64,000 bases of DNA from Guillardia theta CCMP2712 (taxonomy: Eukaryota > Protista > Cryptophyta): NCBI RefSeq assembly GCF_000315625.1, contig NW_005434664.1, forward strand, positions 957,363 to 1,021,362. Direction: 5' to 3'. The position numbers and the translations under genes were made by a program. The notes beneath the pieces were generated by a model, which did no database searches, was not told where the DNA came from, and was given only the letters and a program-made list of their open reading frames with translations. Positions 51,853 through 64,000 of this stretch are shown piece by piece (position 1 is the first letter of the stretch; each line of letters starts with the position of its first letter).

Positions 51853-52879
51853 ATCATTATGCCATATACCTCCAGGGCAACGGTTGTAGTGCACCCTACC
51901 TCAAAACGGTAATTTTTAGATACGCCAACTTAATTGTTGCTACCCACTTTTCTTTCTCTACCCCCACCCCCAACATGCCTGCAATTGCTACTGTCTAACC
52001 ATATACCACCACTTCCTCATTCATCCCCCCTGCCCATCTCTCCTTGCTCCCTCCTACATCTCTCCTTCCCCCCATCTCTTTGCGTCCGATCTGAGCTCTG
52101 TTTCTCTTCTCATTCGTTCAATCTTGCTCACGGTTGGATTTCCCGATTCTCTCATTCCCCAGCCTTTACCCCATCCCCTGCCATCTCCCCTCTCGGTCAG
52201 GTTTTTAAATATCCTCGCCGTTGCCCCCTGCTCCTTTATTTTTTAATTGATAGACACGCGTGTCCCTCATTGAGACATTATTGTTTCATTCTCTTGAAAC
52301 TGGACCCTTTTTTCTGTCTCACTGGTGTTATTTCGAAATTTGTTGAATAACACTCTGGCCTTTGTTAGCCCAATAGGACAGTGGCTTTGGAACTCTTCTA
52401 GACCAAGAAGTAACACTTGTCCAACAAGATATTCTTTCATTGCAGACCTGCAATATTCTTACAGTTTAAAAATCAAAACACAAACAAAATAACAATATAA
52501 CATCAAAAAATCAACAAATATAAATCAACAACAATACTCTTTGGACTGTTCTCAAGTGCTACACGAATCAAACCGTTCAAGCAAGAATCAAAGTTCCTCG
52601 TAATCAGCAAAAACTTAATCCTTCCCTCCTTCTCTCCTACCTTTCAGATCGTTGGGACTATCCAAGAACTACAAGGTACGTTTAGCAGAATTTGAATGCT
52701 TGTTACAGTGCCTAATTTGTTTATGCAGGATTTATTGAACGAAGCATTGGAAAGGCTTTTCCTTGGAAACTTGAACCCAACTGAATTTGCTATCCTATGA
52801 AAAGGTGCGAAGTGCTATTTCAGGGGCATTGATCAGAAATCAAACCTGTGGAACTTCTTTGGAAGTTTCAGTTTCCAGC

Positions 52880-53233
52880 ATGGCACCCAGAAATGCCCTC
52901 TCTTTTGAGGTCCTCGACGATGTAGACTTTGGAGTTCCTGTACGTAAGGTTGCAGGCAGCACAGGTTCTGACCTGCAACGCAACATGGCCAAGCTTTGCT
53001 TTCGTCAGTGTGAATCGAAAGCCAACCGCAAGCGCTGGAATTCAGACAAAGTTTCGAGTGTTCAGGGACCGAAGACTCAGGATGCAGAAGCTGTTGCTTC
53101 CTTGCTGTCTAAGTCGCAACCCTCCATCTCGAAGATCGTCAGCAGGTCTACAGTGGCTCAGTCTCAATCTCAACCAGAGTCGGCACGTGCTGCTTCTTCA
53201 GTTCGAAGGTTCAAAAGATTGTCTCAGATTTGA
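52880..53233 (+). CDS. Hypothetical small S/R-rich protein
   Basis: ATG-initiated part (MAPRNALSFEVLDDVDFGVP..) of ORF 52787-53233; no domain. Confidence 0.35.
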   Translation: MAPRNALSFEVLDDVDFGVPVRKVAGSTGSDLQRNMAKLCFRQCESKANRKRWNSDKVSSVQGPKTQDAEAVASLLSKSQPSISKIVSRSTVAQSQSQPESARAASSVRRFKRLSQI

Positions 53234-54655
53234 GTGCTGTGAAGTGTGAAGAGAGTATTGTTTGGGCAACTTTGCGTGCGATGAACATGTTTGCCGTCGA
53301 AAGATATGCATGTTCAGGAGAACCTCAACCTAGGATCGAATAAAATGAATATTTGAAACAGTAATAAAAAGCAATGTAAAATGTAACTGATGAAGTCTAA
53401 AGCTAAAGCGCCTTAGAGAAAGATTGCTCAACCTGGAATCAAGTCTCAAAATCGCTCAGATTCTTTCGTGTCGATTGCAGTCGATACGCGAACACGTGCA
53501 AATGTTGTATTCATAACACACTAGTCCTGTGAGCAGGACATCATTCTACATGTTACAGAGTGACGCTGAAAATCCGAGTTGGTCGAACCCCCTTCTATCC
53601 CACCCCATACAAGCTAACGGAAGATTTATAATGAGGGGTGGGTAGTACCTAGGGTACAATACCGATATGCTGTTTCTTCAGAGAAATTGTGGGTTGGGGT
53701 ACTCTGTCATTTTTTCCCAGGGGTGGGTCCAAATGAGACTATTGGGGTGGGTGTACACGTCTAGATAGGTTTTCATTTTTATGAAAATTTGGTCAAGTAG
53801 GCAGGAACAAAACAAGAGTCAGATTCAATATATCTTTTAATTTCAAAATCAGACTCATTATTTGGTGTTTTTGTTGAACTAAGTGCAAATAAAGATGGCT
53901 GTCGATAAAATGCACTGTCGCATTCCGATGAGGACGGTCTCAAGAAACCCAATGATGCTCTTCTCCTCCTCCTCCTCCTCCTCCTCCTCCTCCTCCTCCT
54001 CCTCCTGCTACTCCTCCTCCTCCTCCTCCTCCTCCTGCTACTGCTACTCCTCCTCCTCCTCTTCCTCTCTGTCCCCTTCCTTACCTTCGCTCATCTTTTA
54101 TGCATGCAACTGATTGCCTGATTGGCCATCGAAGTCTGAATACATCGGATCCCAAGCAACTTGTCGAAATTCTTGAGTGGTAGAACTCAACCGTGTTCGT
54201 CCAAACATTATCGAATTATCAAAAATGAAGATTCTTTGTTAGGATATCTAAAGTTTCCTTTCAGCATTACCAACTAAGGAAAGTTCAAAGCCTGGTCGAC
54301 AAACAAGCAAGCAACCATGGATTGTGCGAAGCACACGGAAGTTGCTCAAATCCAAGAGGTGATGATCCTGCTCTCTGTCAGCTAGTGCATGCTGTGATGA
54401 ATTTATCAGTATAGAGCTAGCAATCTCGAGCATTGCTCTGACCAAGGCTCTCCGAAGCGGTACAAATAGTTGTCTGTTCATACCAGTGACGTGCTACGTG
54501 GACATTATAGGCTGATTGCCGGAAGGTATCCATCTCCTTCAAACTGGTCCCAGGTAATAGTCTGTGAGTTAGATCCATGAGATTTAGATGATCTCAGTCC
54601 CCCATCAAACCTCCAAGTGATCTCATGCGCACTTGTTACCAAGATCGGGTCTGCG

Positions 54656-57600
54656 ATGAGGTGAGTGGAGGGCGTTGGAAAGAGCGACATGTTGATTGAT
54701 GTGAAGGAGGAAGTCCAGCAAACGAGCAAGGAACATATGGTCCAGGACGATGCTCTAGACGAGGAGGATGAAGTTGGCGTGAATCCTGTGGAGGATGAGC
54801 GACATGTGAAGTTCGAGTCGACGGAGCTCAACAGCGAGCAGAAGGAAGCAGCCTTGCATGCCGTCGACATCCCGCTCCTTATCCTTGCTGGTTGCGATAG
54901 GATAAAAATACTCTGACGATGACACGTTTACGTTGTTCTCGCAGGTGCAGGAAGTGGTAAGACGAAGACGCTTGTTTGCCGCATCAAGAATCTCGTCTTT
55001 CGAGTAAGAGCTAACTTCCACTCTCGGGCGCCGACTCTTCTCTGCTCTGTTCCTCTCCGCTCGGCTTCACACTCCCTCCGCCCCCCCCCCCCCTTTCCCT
55101 TTGCGCGCTCTATTCTATTTCGTTTACCAGAAATGTCAGCTTGACATTTTGTAGGGCTTGGCTGTGGAAAACATCTTGATCCTCACGTTCAGGTATCCAT
55201 CAATCTGCAGAGAGCTGATGTATATCATGATCATACTATTCAGCACCGCAGCTGCCAAGGAGTTGAAACAAAGGTTGACGAGATGCATTCAAGGTACAAG
55301 CAAAACATCTACGCTCATCCCTTGCTCCCTGTCTGACTGAAGGCGTGAAAGGAAAACACGCGTGGTCGATCTTCACGTTCCACGCATTTGCTCTCCAGGT
55401 ATCGAATGATCGCCAGGTGGGATGAAGTTTCTTGACCGCGCCGCTCTGGTCTGCCTTGCAGATCTGCAGAAAGTATGCCAAGGAAATCGGGTTGCCACCG
55501 GACTTTGTTGTGTTCACAGGTAACGCTAGATCATGGGAGGGGAAGAGAAGCTCAGTGTTACGGCAGGGGGGAGGCAAAAGAAGATCATCACTCAGGGAAT
55601 TCTGGAATACAGGTTGTTGGATATTCATGGAGATGTTAGAGACGAAGATGGTGATTATGCGATTTGGAATGATGATGAAGATGCAAATAAAGATGAAAAT
55701 GATGATGTTAGCAGCGACAACAATGTCGTGATGGCAATTACGATCTTAACGATGACGGTGACGATGGTGACTTCAGCAAGATGAAGCAAGGATGCGCAAA
55801 CAAAGAGAACAAACAAGCACAATCATCATCAGACCATACAGAAGACTCGCACAAGTGGATCGACATGCCGAAGCCAGACAAGCATCGAGTCAAACGGTTG
55901 GGTCAATCTCTTTCCCTAGCTCAGGTTTGCAACACACTTGTTGACTGTTCGAATGATGGCGATTCGAAGGCGCATGGAACGGAAGCTGCGACGTTGGACG
56001 ATGAGATGCGATTCTTGTTGGAGTTTTACGAAAAGACTCTTGCGGAAGTATGAGTTTTGATGATGCGATGAAAGGTTTCTGTTCATGCTTGAGTCAGTGC
56101 AAGTCACTGGATTTCTCTTCGCTGATCTCCCGAGCAAACAAACTTCTGCGGGAGGTAATGAACTCCAATGTGATCTTCTACGGTTGAAGAAGGGTCAGAA
56201 TGAAGAGGCAAAGAACTACTTTCATGACATGTACAAGGCAGTTCTTGTCGATGAGTTCCAGGTGACTGTGAACAAGCCCTGATGTTGACATCAACTGATC
56301 TCATGTGAAGGACACAAGTAGATCACAGTTTGAACTTGTGAAACAACTCGTAACAGGAGGGAAGGTAAGAGAGAAGAGCAGTTTTCTTGCTCTCCGTCGT
56401 GTTGTTCGAATGACATTCACAACGCAGATTACCGCTGTTGGGGATGATGATCAAGTGAGTTGAACAAGGATCGAACGTTTCCTGGAAATGATGCTGATGC
56501 GATTCAACAGACAATCTATGTTTTCAATGGCTCCAATCACGCGAACTTTGACTTGTTCAGAGGGTATGACCACACAATCCTGCTCTTTTTGCCACTTACC
56601 TGTGATCCAGATCATTTCCCAACTACAAAGAAGTGAAATTGACGGTGATAGAGCTGCTTGCAGAAATGACAACTCACATTACCTTTCTGTTGCAAGACAA
56701 ACTATCGATCGTCCAAGTGCATTGTCGACGCTGCCCGATCAGGAAAATCTGGCGAGGAGCGGCAATGAATTGAAAATTTGATGTTTGCAGTGATACAACA
56801 CAACCAAAACCGGTGCGACAAGTCGGCGGAGGCCATGAAGGAATCAGGGGAGCTGATCAGAGTGAACATCTCGGCCTTGAACTTGCTGTAGACATTGATG
56901 TTCTGGGAGGTGACGGAATGCCGGAACGAGAAGAGTGAGATCAGCTTTGTGGTGCAACAGATCGTGAAGGGACTTGAAGAGGGGACCCGATGTGAGATTG
57001 AGAGGATGACATGTACAGTTGTTATGATCGTGATTGCAGACAAGGAAGTTGCGATTCTTTATCGCACGCAGAAGACTGGAAGGGTGTTTCAGCAGGAACT
57101 GATGTGCGTCTGTGGAACAATGATGAGATCATGAGTTGTGATCGCGCGTTTCTTCTGATTCCTCCAGCCACATGGATTGTGTTGTCTGTCGGATGTTTCA
57201 TCATGGCTGTGATTGTGATTGCGCTGTGACGTGACAGAAAACGAGACATCCCTTTCAACGTGCACGGAGTTTCCTTCTGGAGAAGAAAAGTCGTCAGTCA
57301 GTTGCTTGCTGAGCATTCACAAAGTTTCAGGTGATCAAAGTTGTTATGTCTGTGCTGCGGATCGTAGCAAACAATGGAGACGATCAGGTAAAAGATGCTT
57401 CTTCTTGCCTCTTCCTCATTCCATGACATGGGGCCGTCAGGCATGCCGGCGTCTCATCAAGGGGTTCCTGTACCAAGACAAGGAGGCGACAGGAGCGATT
57501 CTGAACCATCTCGAAAAGTTTGCTGCGTCCAGGTGGCGGCTGCTGATTGCGGCAGTAGTCTTGCAAGACTGAAGAATATCAGATGCATCAGCCTGTGGCA

Positions 57601-57985
57601 GTCTGCGCAGCAAGTGCTGAGGGCCAAGTTCAGCGGGAGTCTGTCCAAGAAACTTGTGGTTGACACGAAATTTCTACTTGAATTGATCTGATCTGATCTG
57701 CTGATATCCTCTCCTCTCCTCTCCTCTCCTCTCCTCTCCTCTCCTCTCCTCTCCTCTCCTCTCCTCTCCTCTCCTCTCCTCTCCTCTCCTCTCCTCTCCT
57801 CTCCTCTCCTCTCCTCTCCTCTCCTCTCCTCTCCTCTCCTCTCCTCTCCTCTCCTCTCCTTTTTCCTTCCCTTCTTCCCTTGCACAAATTCGTGCAGATC
57901 TTGGGCAGAAAGATGTTGTCAACAGTAGAAAATTTCATCAGACTCGCCAGAGAGAGCACAACTCTCTCAACTTTCGTTGAGACGG

Positions 57986-58023
<38 letters not shown>

Positions 58024-60580
58024 GTGGTGGCGGTGGTGGTGGTGGTGGTGGTGTCAAACTTTTGAAGATCTTGCAGATCATTCCAAGTCTTCCTCAGAGC
58101 AACAAGTACGACTTGAGCGTCAATCAAGAAGAAGGTAGTTGGTTCGCTTTGTGGAGATAATGTGCAAAAATTGAGGATGAAAAGGAGGAGGAAGCCGACG
58201 ATGGTGATGAAAATTGAGATCAGAAGAAGAGGAGAGGCATGGGCAAGAGGAGCAGGAGGAGCAGGATGTGAGTGGGTAGTGATGTTGTTTGTGCTCAGCA
58301 GGAGCTCAGCTGCTGAACGAGAAGAAGGACAACAGGAGCGTGAGGGAGGTGTTGCTGGGCTTCATCAAAGAGTTCGAGAAGAAGGTGCTCCCTTCATCTT
58401 TGCTTCCTGCTCCTGATGTTTCCAGTTGATGGTGGATGGAGTTGCCGCTGAGTGGATGTGCCAATGGCACGAGGGAGGACGAACGAGCGCCGGAGGAGGA
58501 GAAGTCTTGTCGCCATGCCAGAGAGCGATCGCTGTCTTCCTCGACCATCAGCTCGTTGAAGAGTCTGAACGTAACATGTCGCATGTGTGTCACTTGGAAC
58601 CTCTCACCCTCGGGTAGATCATGCAAAGTTCAAGTTCGACAACGAGGACGCAGTCACGTTGTCGACGATCCACCAGAGTGAGAGGCCATGGGAGTGATGT
58701 CTGTTGATCGTCTGTGTCCCCCCTCTTCCTTCCTCCTCATCTTGCCTTGCCTTGCCTTGCCTTGCCTTGCCTTGCCTTGCCTTGCCTTGCCTTGCCTTGC
58801 CTTGCCTTGCCTTGTCTTGCCTTGTCTTGCCTTGTCTTGTCTTGTCTTGTCTTGTCTTGTCTTGTCTTGCCTTGTCTTGTCTTGCCTTGCCTTGCCTTGC
58901 CATGCCATGCCTTGCCTTGATAGTTTGCAAGGCAAAGGATTGGAATGGGATGTTGTACATCTCGTCCGGTTCAATGCAGGAGAGATTCCTCTTGCAAACA
59001 ACATCAACACAGTGAGACTTGCTGCTCCTTCCTCCTCCCCTCTCTCCCTTGCGCTTCTCCTCCTCCTCCTCTTCCCTCTCCCCCTTCTCTGCTTCCTCCT
59101 CTTCCTCTCTCCCTTGCGCTTCTCCTCCTCCTCCTCCCCTCTCTCCCTTGCGCTTCTCCTCCTCTTCCTCTCTCCCCTCTCTCCCTTGCCCTCCTCCTCT
59201 TCCTCCTCTTCCCTCTCCCCCTTCTCTGCTTCCTCCTCTTCCTCATCCTTACACTCTCCTGCTCCTCCTAACCGCTCCTGACGCTCCATCCTAAGGTGCT
59301 GAGGGAAGATGAGCTCGAGGATGAGCGGAGGCTGTGCTACGTTGCGATGACGAGAGCTCGTCGGCTCCTGCACATGAGCTTCATCATGACATCGCACAAT
59401 CATGTCGGACATGCCGCTCTCTCCATGTGTTGTTGACTTGACTGATAGATGCTCGAACCCTCTCCCTTCCTGTCGGAGATCCCGTCGCACCTCTTGCAAC
59501 GATCGAGCTTCATGGAGTCCGGCCGAAGTGCTGAGGGGCGGGAGGGAGAGCAGGAGCAGGAGCAGGAGCAGGAGGGAGAAGAAGCAATACAGAGCGACTC
59601 ATTCTTCTCTTGCGGATTCTTGCAGCGATTTGAGATGCAGGAGAGGAGAACGGTGAAGATTTTGACAACGACTCTGCCTCCACCTGAGTTGAACAAAACT
59701 TTACAGGTTGCGGCCATCTTTCATCGATGGGCTAGGACTGAGATGTACAAAGAGCCGAACAAACTTGTTTTCAAGGCGATCATGGTTGTACTGCTTGCAT
59801 GCAATGACGATGTACATCATTGTGCAGATCAAGTGCATCGTGCAAGACAAACTTGCTGCCAAGGACTGCAAGACGAAGAGTGTATATTCAAAACTTCTCG
59901 CCATGCTGAGAGCTCCGGAGGAGGCGACGGTTGAGAATTTCTGCGCTTCTGCAATCAACTATGCGAAAGAGGTTGGAAACATCTTACGTTATGATGATGA
60001 TCATGATTACGATGACGATGAAAATGATGGCGCAGGTGGTGAAATTTGAACAAGCTCCTCTTACAGTGCGTGAGGAGCACAAAGCAAAGCGAGCAAGGTA
60101 ATAGGAGAGGCAGCGAGAGGGTGAGGGTGAGGGTGAGAGGAGGAGCAGGAGGAGGAAGAGGAGGAAGAGGCAGGAGGAGGAAGAAGAGGCAGGAAGAGGA
60201 GGAAGAGGCAGGGAGGCAGGGATCTGAATTTGATCTCGTCAGACACTTCTCGGAACAATACGGCAGGTCCGGGATGGAACATAAAGAGCCGACAGCGAAA
60301 CAGGTCAACACATCTCCAGGATGTTATGTTCTAATCTCTTCCATCATGACAGCTTGCTTTCTTAAAGTCACTTGGATGTGCCGTCGTGCCAAAGAACATG
60401 CTAGAGGTTGATAACCTTCCTTTCTCTGCCACTACTCCGCTCCTCTTTTTTCAATCTTCTCCTTCCTCCTCCTCCTCCTCCTCCTACTCCTCCTCCTCCT
60501 CCTATCATTTCCTCCACACTTCATTTTGCTCATATTCGTGTCAGGCGAGTTTACTGATTGAGAGGTACAAGTCATACTGA
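54656..60580 (+). CDS. SRS2: SF1A UvrD/PcrA-family DNA helicase, plant-type SRS2, many exons
   Basis: LNSEQ (Q), LILAG-AGSGKT (I), ILILTF-STAAA (Ia), TFHAFA (Ib), LVDEFQ-DT (II), VGDDDQ (III), NYRS (IV), AILYR, TIHQS-KGLEWDVV (V), DERRLCYVAMTRA (VI), PSPFLSEIP. C-terminal FLQRFEMQER..IFHRWA..EPNKL..PTAKQ..LGC..ASLLIERYKSY* resembles Arabidopsis SRS2. Upstream exons may reach ~53900. Confidence 0.93.
57707..57858. repeat. (CTCTC)n pentanucleotide microsatellite, intronic
   Basis: About 30 perfect copies. Confidence 0.97.
58740..58918. repeat. (CTTGC)n/(CTTGT)n compound pentanucleotide microsatellite, intronic
   Basis: About 35 copies interrupting helicase motif V (TIHQS|KGLE). Confidence 0.97.
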
Positions 60581-60658
60581 TTGGGGAAACGATGGCGATT
60601 GATTGAAACTAACTTCTTCTCTAAAAACCTTCTTGTGTCTCAACCCACATGTCTGCAT

Positions 60659-60695
<37 letters not shown>

Positions 60696-60731
60696 AGTTC
60701 TCGTTCTCGTTCTTGTTCTTGTTCGTCATAT

Positions 60732-63459
60732 TCAAATCTCTCCCAATGGTGGAACATCCTGGGGAATCTTCTCATTGGCTAGTCGAGCAAAACGATTGAG
60801 AAGAAGCTTCAGGTCAGCCCATCTGAACATCATCGTCAATCAACAAATAAAGCTGCAAGCTTGCTGACCCCCCCACCCCTCCTTCTCCTTCCTCCTCCTC
60901 CTTCTCCTCCTCCTCCTCCTGCTTCCCCAACCCCCTCCTTCTTCTAGCACCCTCTCCCCGTCTTCCCCTCCTCCTTTACCCTCCTCCCCCTCCTCCTCCT
61001 CCTCCTCCTCCTCGTCTGCTGCTTCCTCCTCCTCCTCCTCCTCCTCCTCGTCCTCCTCCTCCTCCTCCTCCTCCTCCTCCTCCGTCTCGTCGCTTCTCTT
61101 CCTGTTCTCGTAACTTACAGCTGCAGAGCTCCAGCCTTGTCCTTGTAGATGGCGGCAGCCTTGAGCTTCAGGACCTTTTCCTTTGTCTCCTTGAAGATGC
61201 CCTGCAATGCGCGTGAGGGAAGGTGAGGAGCAGCAGGAGTGAGAGAGGAGAAGAGGGAGAGGAGGAGCGGGGAGTTGAGGAGGAAGCGAGGAAGGAGAGA
61301 AAACAGGGAGGGAAGGGGATGGAGAGCGTTGGGAGGGGAAGCAGAGGCAAGAGAGGGCGGTTGAGGACGAGCCAAGGAGCACCAAGAAACAAGAGAAGCA
61401 ACTTCAAGTAGTAAGGGAAAGATTGAGGACTAGGGTCAGGAGGAAGCGAAGGAAGGAAGGAAATGGAGGAGGAAAAGGAGGAAGTGGAAGGAGAGAAACG
61501 ATCTACCTCGAGCGCTTCGGCGTACTGCTTGTCTCCTTGCTGTGCTGCATCAGGTCCAATTGTAGAGACCCAGAAGTACTGCAACAGATAGAAAAGAAGT
61601 AGAGCGAGGAAGAGGACAAGGAGGAGGAGGAGGAGGAGGAGGGCGAGGAGGGCGAGGGGAGATGAGCAGGAGAAAGAAGAAGAAAACAGAGCAGGTTAGT
61701 CGACTCAAACAGGCATGAAAGGGAAAAGAACAGGTGAAACGAGAACAGTTCGATCAGGGAGATACGAGTTGAACGAAAGATCGAAAGGAACAAGAAAAAG
61801 AGGATGGTCAAAGGAGGCTAGGTAGAAAAGGAGGCGAGAGGAGGGGCACAGCGGGAGAAAGAAGGAAAGAGGAAGGAGGGGGGGTGGGGGGGGGGTTTCA
61901 GGAGTAGCAGGAGCAGGAGCTAGAGCAGGGTCACCAGAGGCTGGAAGATAAGCTGATCCAAAGGTCCTCCATCGTCACTAAGCTTCGTCACCTCGTCCCT
62001 GGAACGGAATCAGACAGGAGGAAGGAGGAAGGAGGAGGGGGGAGGAGGCAGGAGACAGGAGACAGGAGGCAGGAGGCAGGAGGCAGGAGGCAGGAGGCAG
62101 GAGACAGGAGGCAGGAGGCAGGAGGCAGGAGGGGAGGAGGAAGGAGGGGAGTGCTTTAACCAGTCCTGGTTGTTGATGGCATCGAGAAGCTTCTTCTTGA
62201 AGAGGATGAGACCGTCGTCGTAGATGGACGCGAACTGAATGACCCAGCCCCCCCAGCATGTCAGCGATAGGAGAGCAGGAAAGCACGAGGTGGAGAGCAC
62301 AATGAGAGTAGGAGAGAGAGCTGTTCCAAGAGAGGAAGAGGTACCAGGGGCCAAGAGGGCAGAGGAAAGAGGAAAGTGAAGAGCAGAGCGGAAGGGTTAA
62401 AGGGACAGGAGAGGGGAGGGAGGAAACAGGAGGAGGGAGGGAGTACAGGGGAGGAGGGAGAGAAAGAGGATAGACCTGATAGAAAGCAAGAATCCTGAGG
62501 CGAGGATAAGAAAGGAAGACAATGAGGAGGATGCTGGCAATTGTGAATCCGATCCCGATACCAAGGGATTGCAGAAAGCCTCTGCAAGGAAAGATTCAGT
62601 GACCAAGGCACCTCCCCACATGATAGTGGATGATGATTCCCTGAACACGATTATGTTCATGTTCTTAACGTGATCGTTTTCCAACAATAATGATCAGATC
62701 ATGATGGTATGTCAGAGATAAGCAGACATGTGAGCGTTGCAATTCGATCTAATCAGTGGACGTACAACACAAACCCAAATACGGCGAGAATCAATACATC
62801 CACGACAAGAAGAAAGATGATAGTAACAGCCATTCACAAGAACCTTCTTGGTTTTATTTCCATGTCCGTCTTCTGCCTCATCTCGTCAGTCATTCAGGAC
62901 ACCGAAACCGGTTGTACCTTGGGTATCGTGCCGAAAACATCAGTGATGGGCTTCTCCTGCCCAGCAACACACGAGCATCAGAAGGGTCAGCGATCGCACC
63001 TCATCGTCCTCACCTTCTGTACTGGAGACTGAGAGGCGGGAGGAGGACTCTTGACGTCAACGTCAGTCTCAGCATGTAAGAAAGGTCAGGCATGCTACTT
63101 GAACGTCTTTCTTCATGAGGTTTTGCCTCTCTCCTATCAGGGAGTTCTGGGCGATCAAGAGTCAGCGCAGCCACTGCCACCTCCTCCACTAGTCATGTGT
63201 CGATTCTCCTCCTCACCTTCTCCTTCTCCAGCTGCTCCAACTTGGCCTTCAGCTTCGCTACCTCGTCCTGATTCCCTCCCTCTGACATCAGAAGCAGGGA
63301 AACCTTCCTCCTCGGTCCAGTCAAGCTGCAGGAGCGCAGCAAGGGTCGGCAACGGGAGGACGACAGCATGATTTCTCCACATCCTCCTCCTGCTCCTCCT
63401 ACAAATCCTTGCGCTGTCGCCACCAGCCCGGCCATGATTGCGATCCTTACTGTCAGCAT
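60732..63459 (-). CDS. Plastid-targeted protein of unknown function: coiled-coil plus C-terminal helical domain, possibly PsbQ/Psb31-like
   Basis: MLTVRIAIMAGLVATAQG|F signal + F, then an S/R-rich transit-like peptide and EVAKLKAKLEQLEKEK. Spliced C-terminal exons FASIYDDGLILFKKKLLDAINNQDW-DEVTKL..-YFW..-KLKAAAIYKDKAGALQL-WADLKLLLNRFARLANEKIPQDVPPLGEI*. Confidence 0.75.
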
Positions 63460-64000
63460 TTTCGGCCTCGTATGCGACCACATCCCACCACTGACCCATG
63501 AGGCGCTCGCCGCTCCTGTCGCCGCTCCAGTCATCAGTCGCCGCTCCCTGCGCCCGGCCGCTCCAGAGTCGCAGCTCCAGTCCAGGTATATTACTCACCG
63601 GGTGAGCGGCGGCAGCAGCCGCTGGCCCGGCCATCAGACATCATGGTGGCGACCGTCCGTCCGAGCCCGGCCGGGCCCGGGGCGCCGCACCCGCTAACCG
63701 TGACCGTACCGTACGGTGAACTTCGGAACCCGGACCGCCGGGCCGTGAAGAGCCCGGCGCCGCCGACTGCCAACCATAGCCAGTGACCGGCCGCTGCCGC
63801 CCCCGGGGGCGGCGGCGCGCCCGGCGGCCCCGGGCCAGTCAACCCTCAGTTGATCATCGGATCACGGCACAGCCGGCACGGTAGTGACTCATCAAGGGTC
63901 AGCTGAGCAAAGACCTCCACATGTGTGGGAATTGCTCATCGACATCGCCCTAACGAGTTGACCCTGATCTGCACTCAGAAGCAGACTCTCGGAGGAACTG

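Noticed and set aside
60572-60580. Apparent stop-codon overlap of convergent genes
   Set aside because: The minus-strand gene's reading frame already stops at 60732-60734, so there is no CDS overlap with SRS2.
62760-62872. In-frame TGA (62834-62836, minus strand) before a hydrophobic MAVTIIFLLVV stretch, suggesting readthrough or Sec
   Set aside because: A donor AAG|gttctt just before the TGA can splice in frame to the exon at 62640, so the stretch is more simply intronic; no SECIS evidence.

Overview
Intron-rich eukaryotic nuclear DNA from a draft assembly, with seven N-gaps at about 10777-10876, 21182-21576, 29309-29813, 32319-32568, 43401-43500, 45987-46176 and 47740-47936. The mix of ~45-55 nt GT-AG introns and long (GGA)n/(CCT)n introns, bipartite plastid presequences (signal peptide + AxF/AxxF), a flagellar gene and an RWP-RK factor suggests a flagellate alga with a complex red plastid, probably a cryptophyte like Guillardia theta (inference). 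Genes were reconstructed by hand across introns. In order: an inosine-uridine nucleoside hydrolase that can be spliced in frame to a NUDT15-type Nudix domain; a 12-TM, two-domain class III cyclase with an inverted catalytic arrangement (likely a guanylyl cyclase); a plastid-targeted rhodanese; an ankyrin protein with signal peptide and LRGG motif; an RWP-RK transcription factor with a nearby partial duplicate; axonemal dynein light chain 1; UFL1; a second signal-peptide ankyrin protein (LRLNGG); a GT23/FUT8-like fucosyltransferase with an EGF-like module; a NUDT8-like CoA pyrophosphatase; a plant-type SRS2 helicase; and a plastid-targeted helical protein. Intergenic DNA carries recurrent GGGGTAC/GTACCC motifs, GC-rich CCGG/CCGTAC patches and a dense GTAC cluster. 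No rRNA, tRNA, CRISPR array or intact transposon was recognised. Most six-frame ORFs are microsatellite or antisense artefacts.
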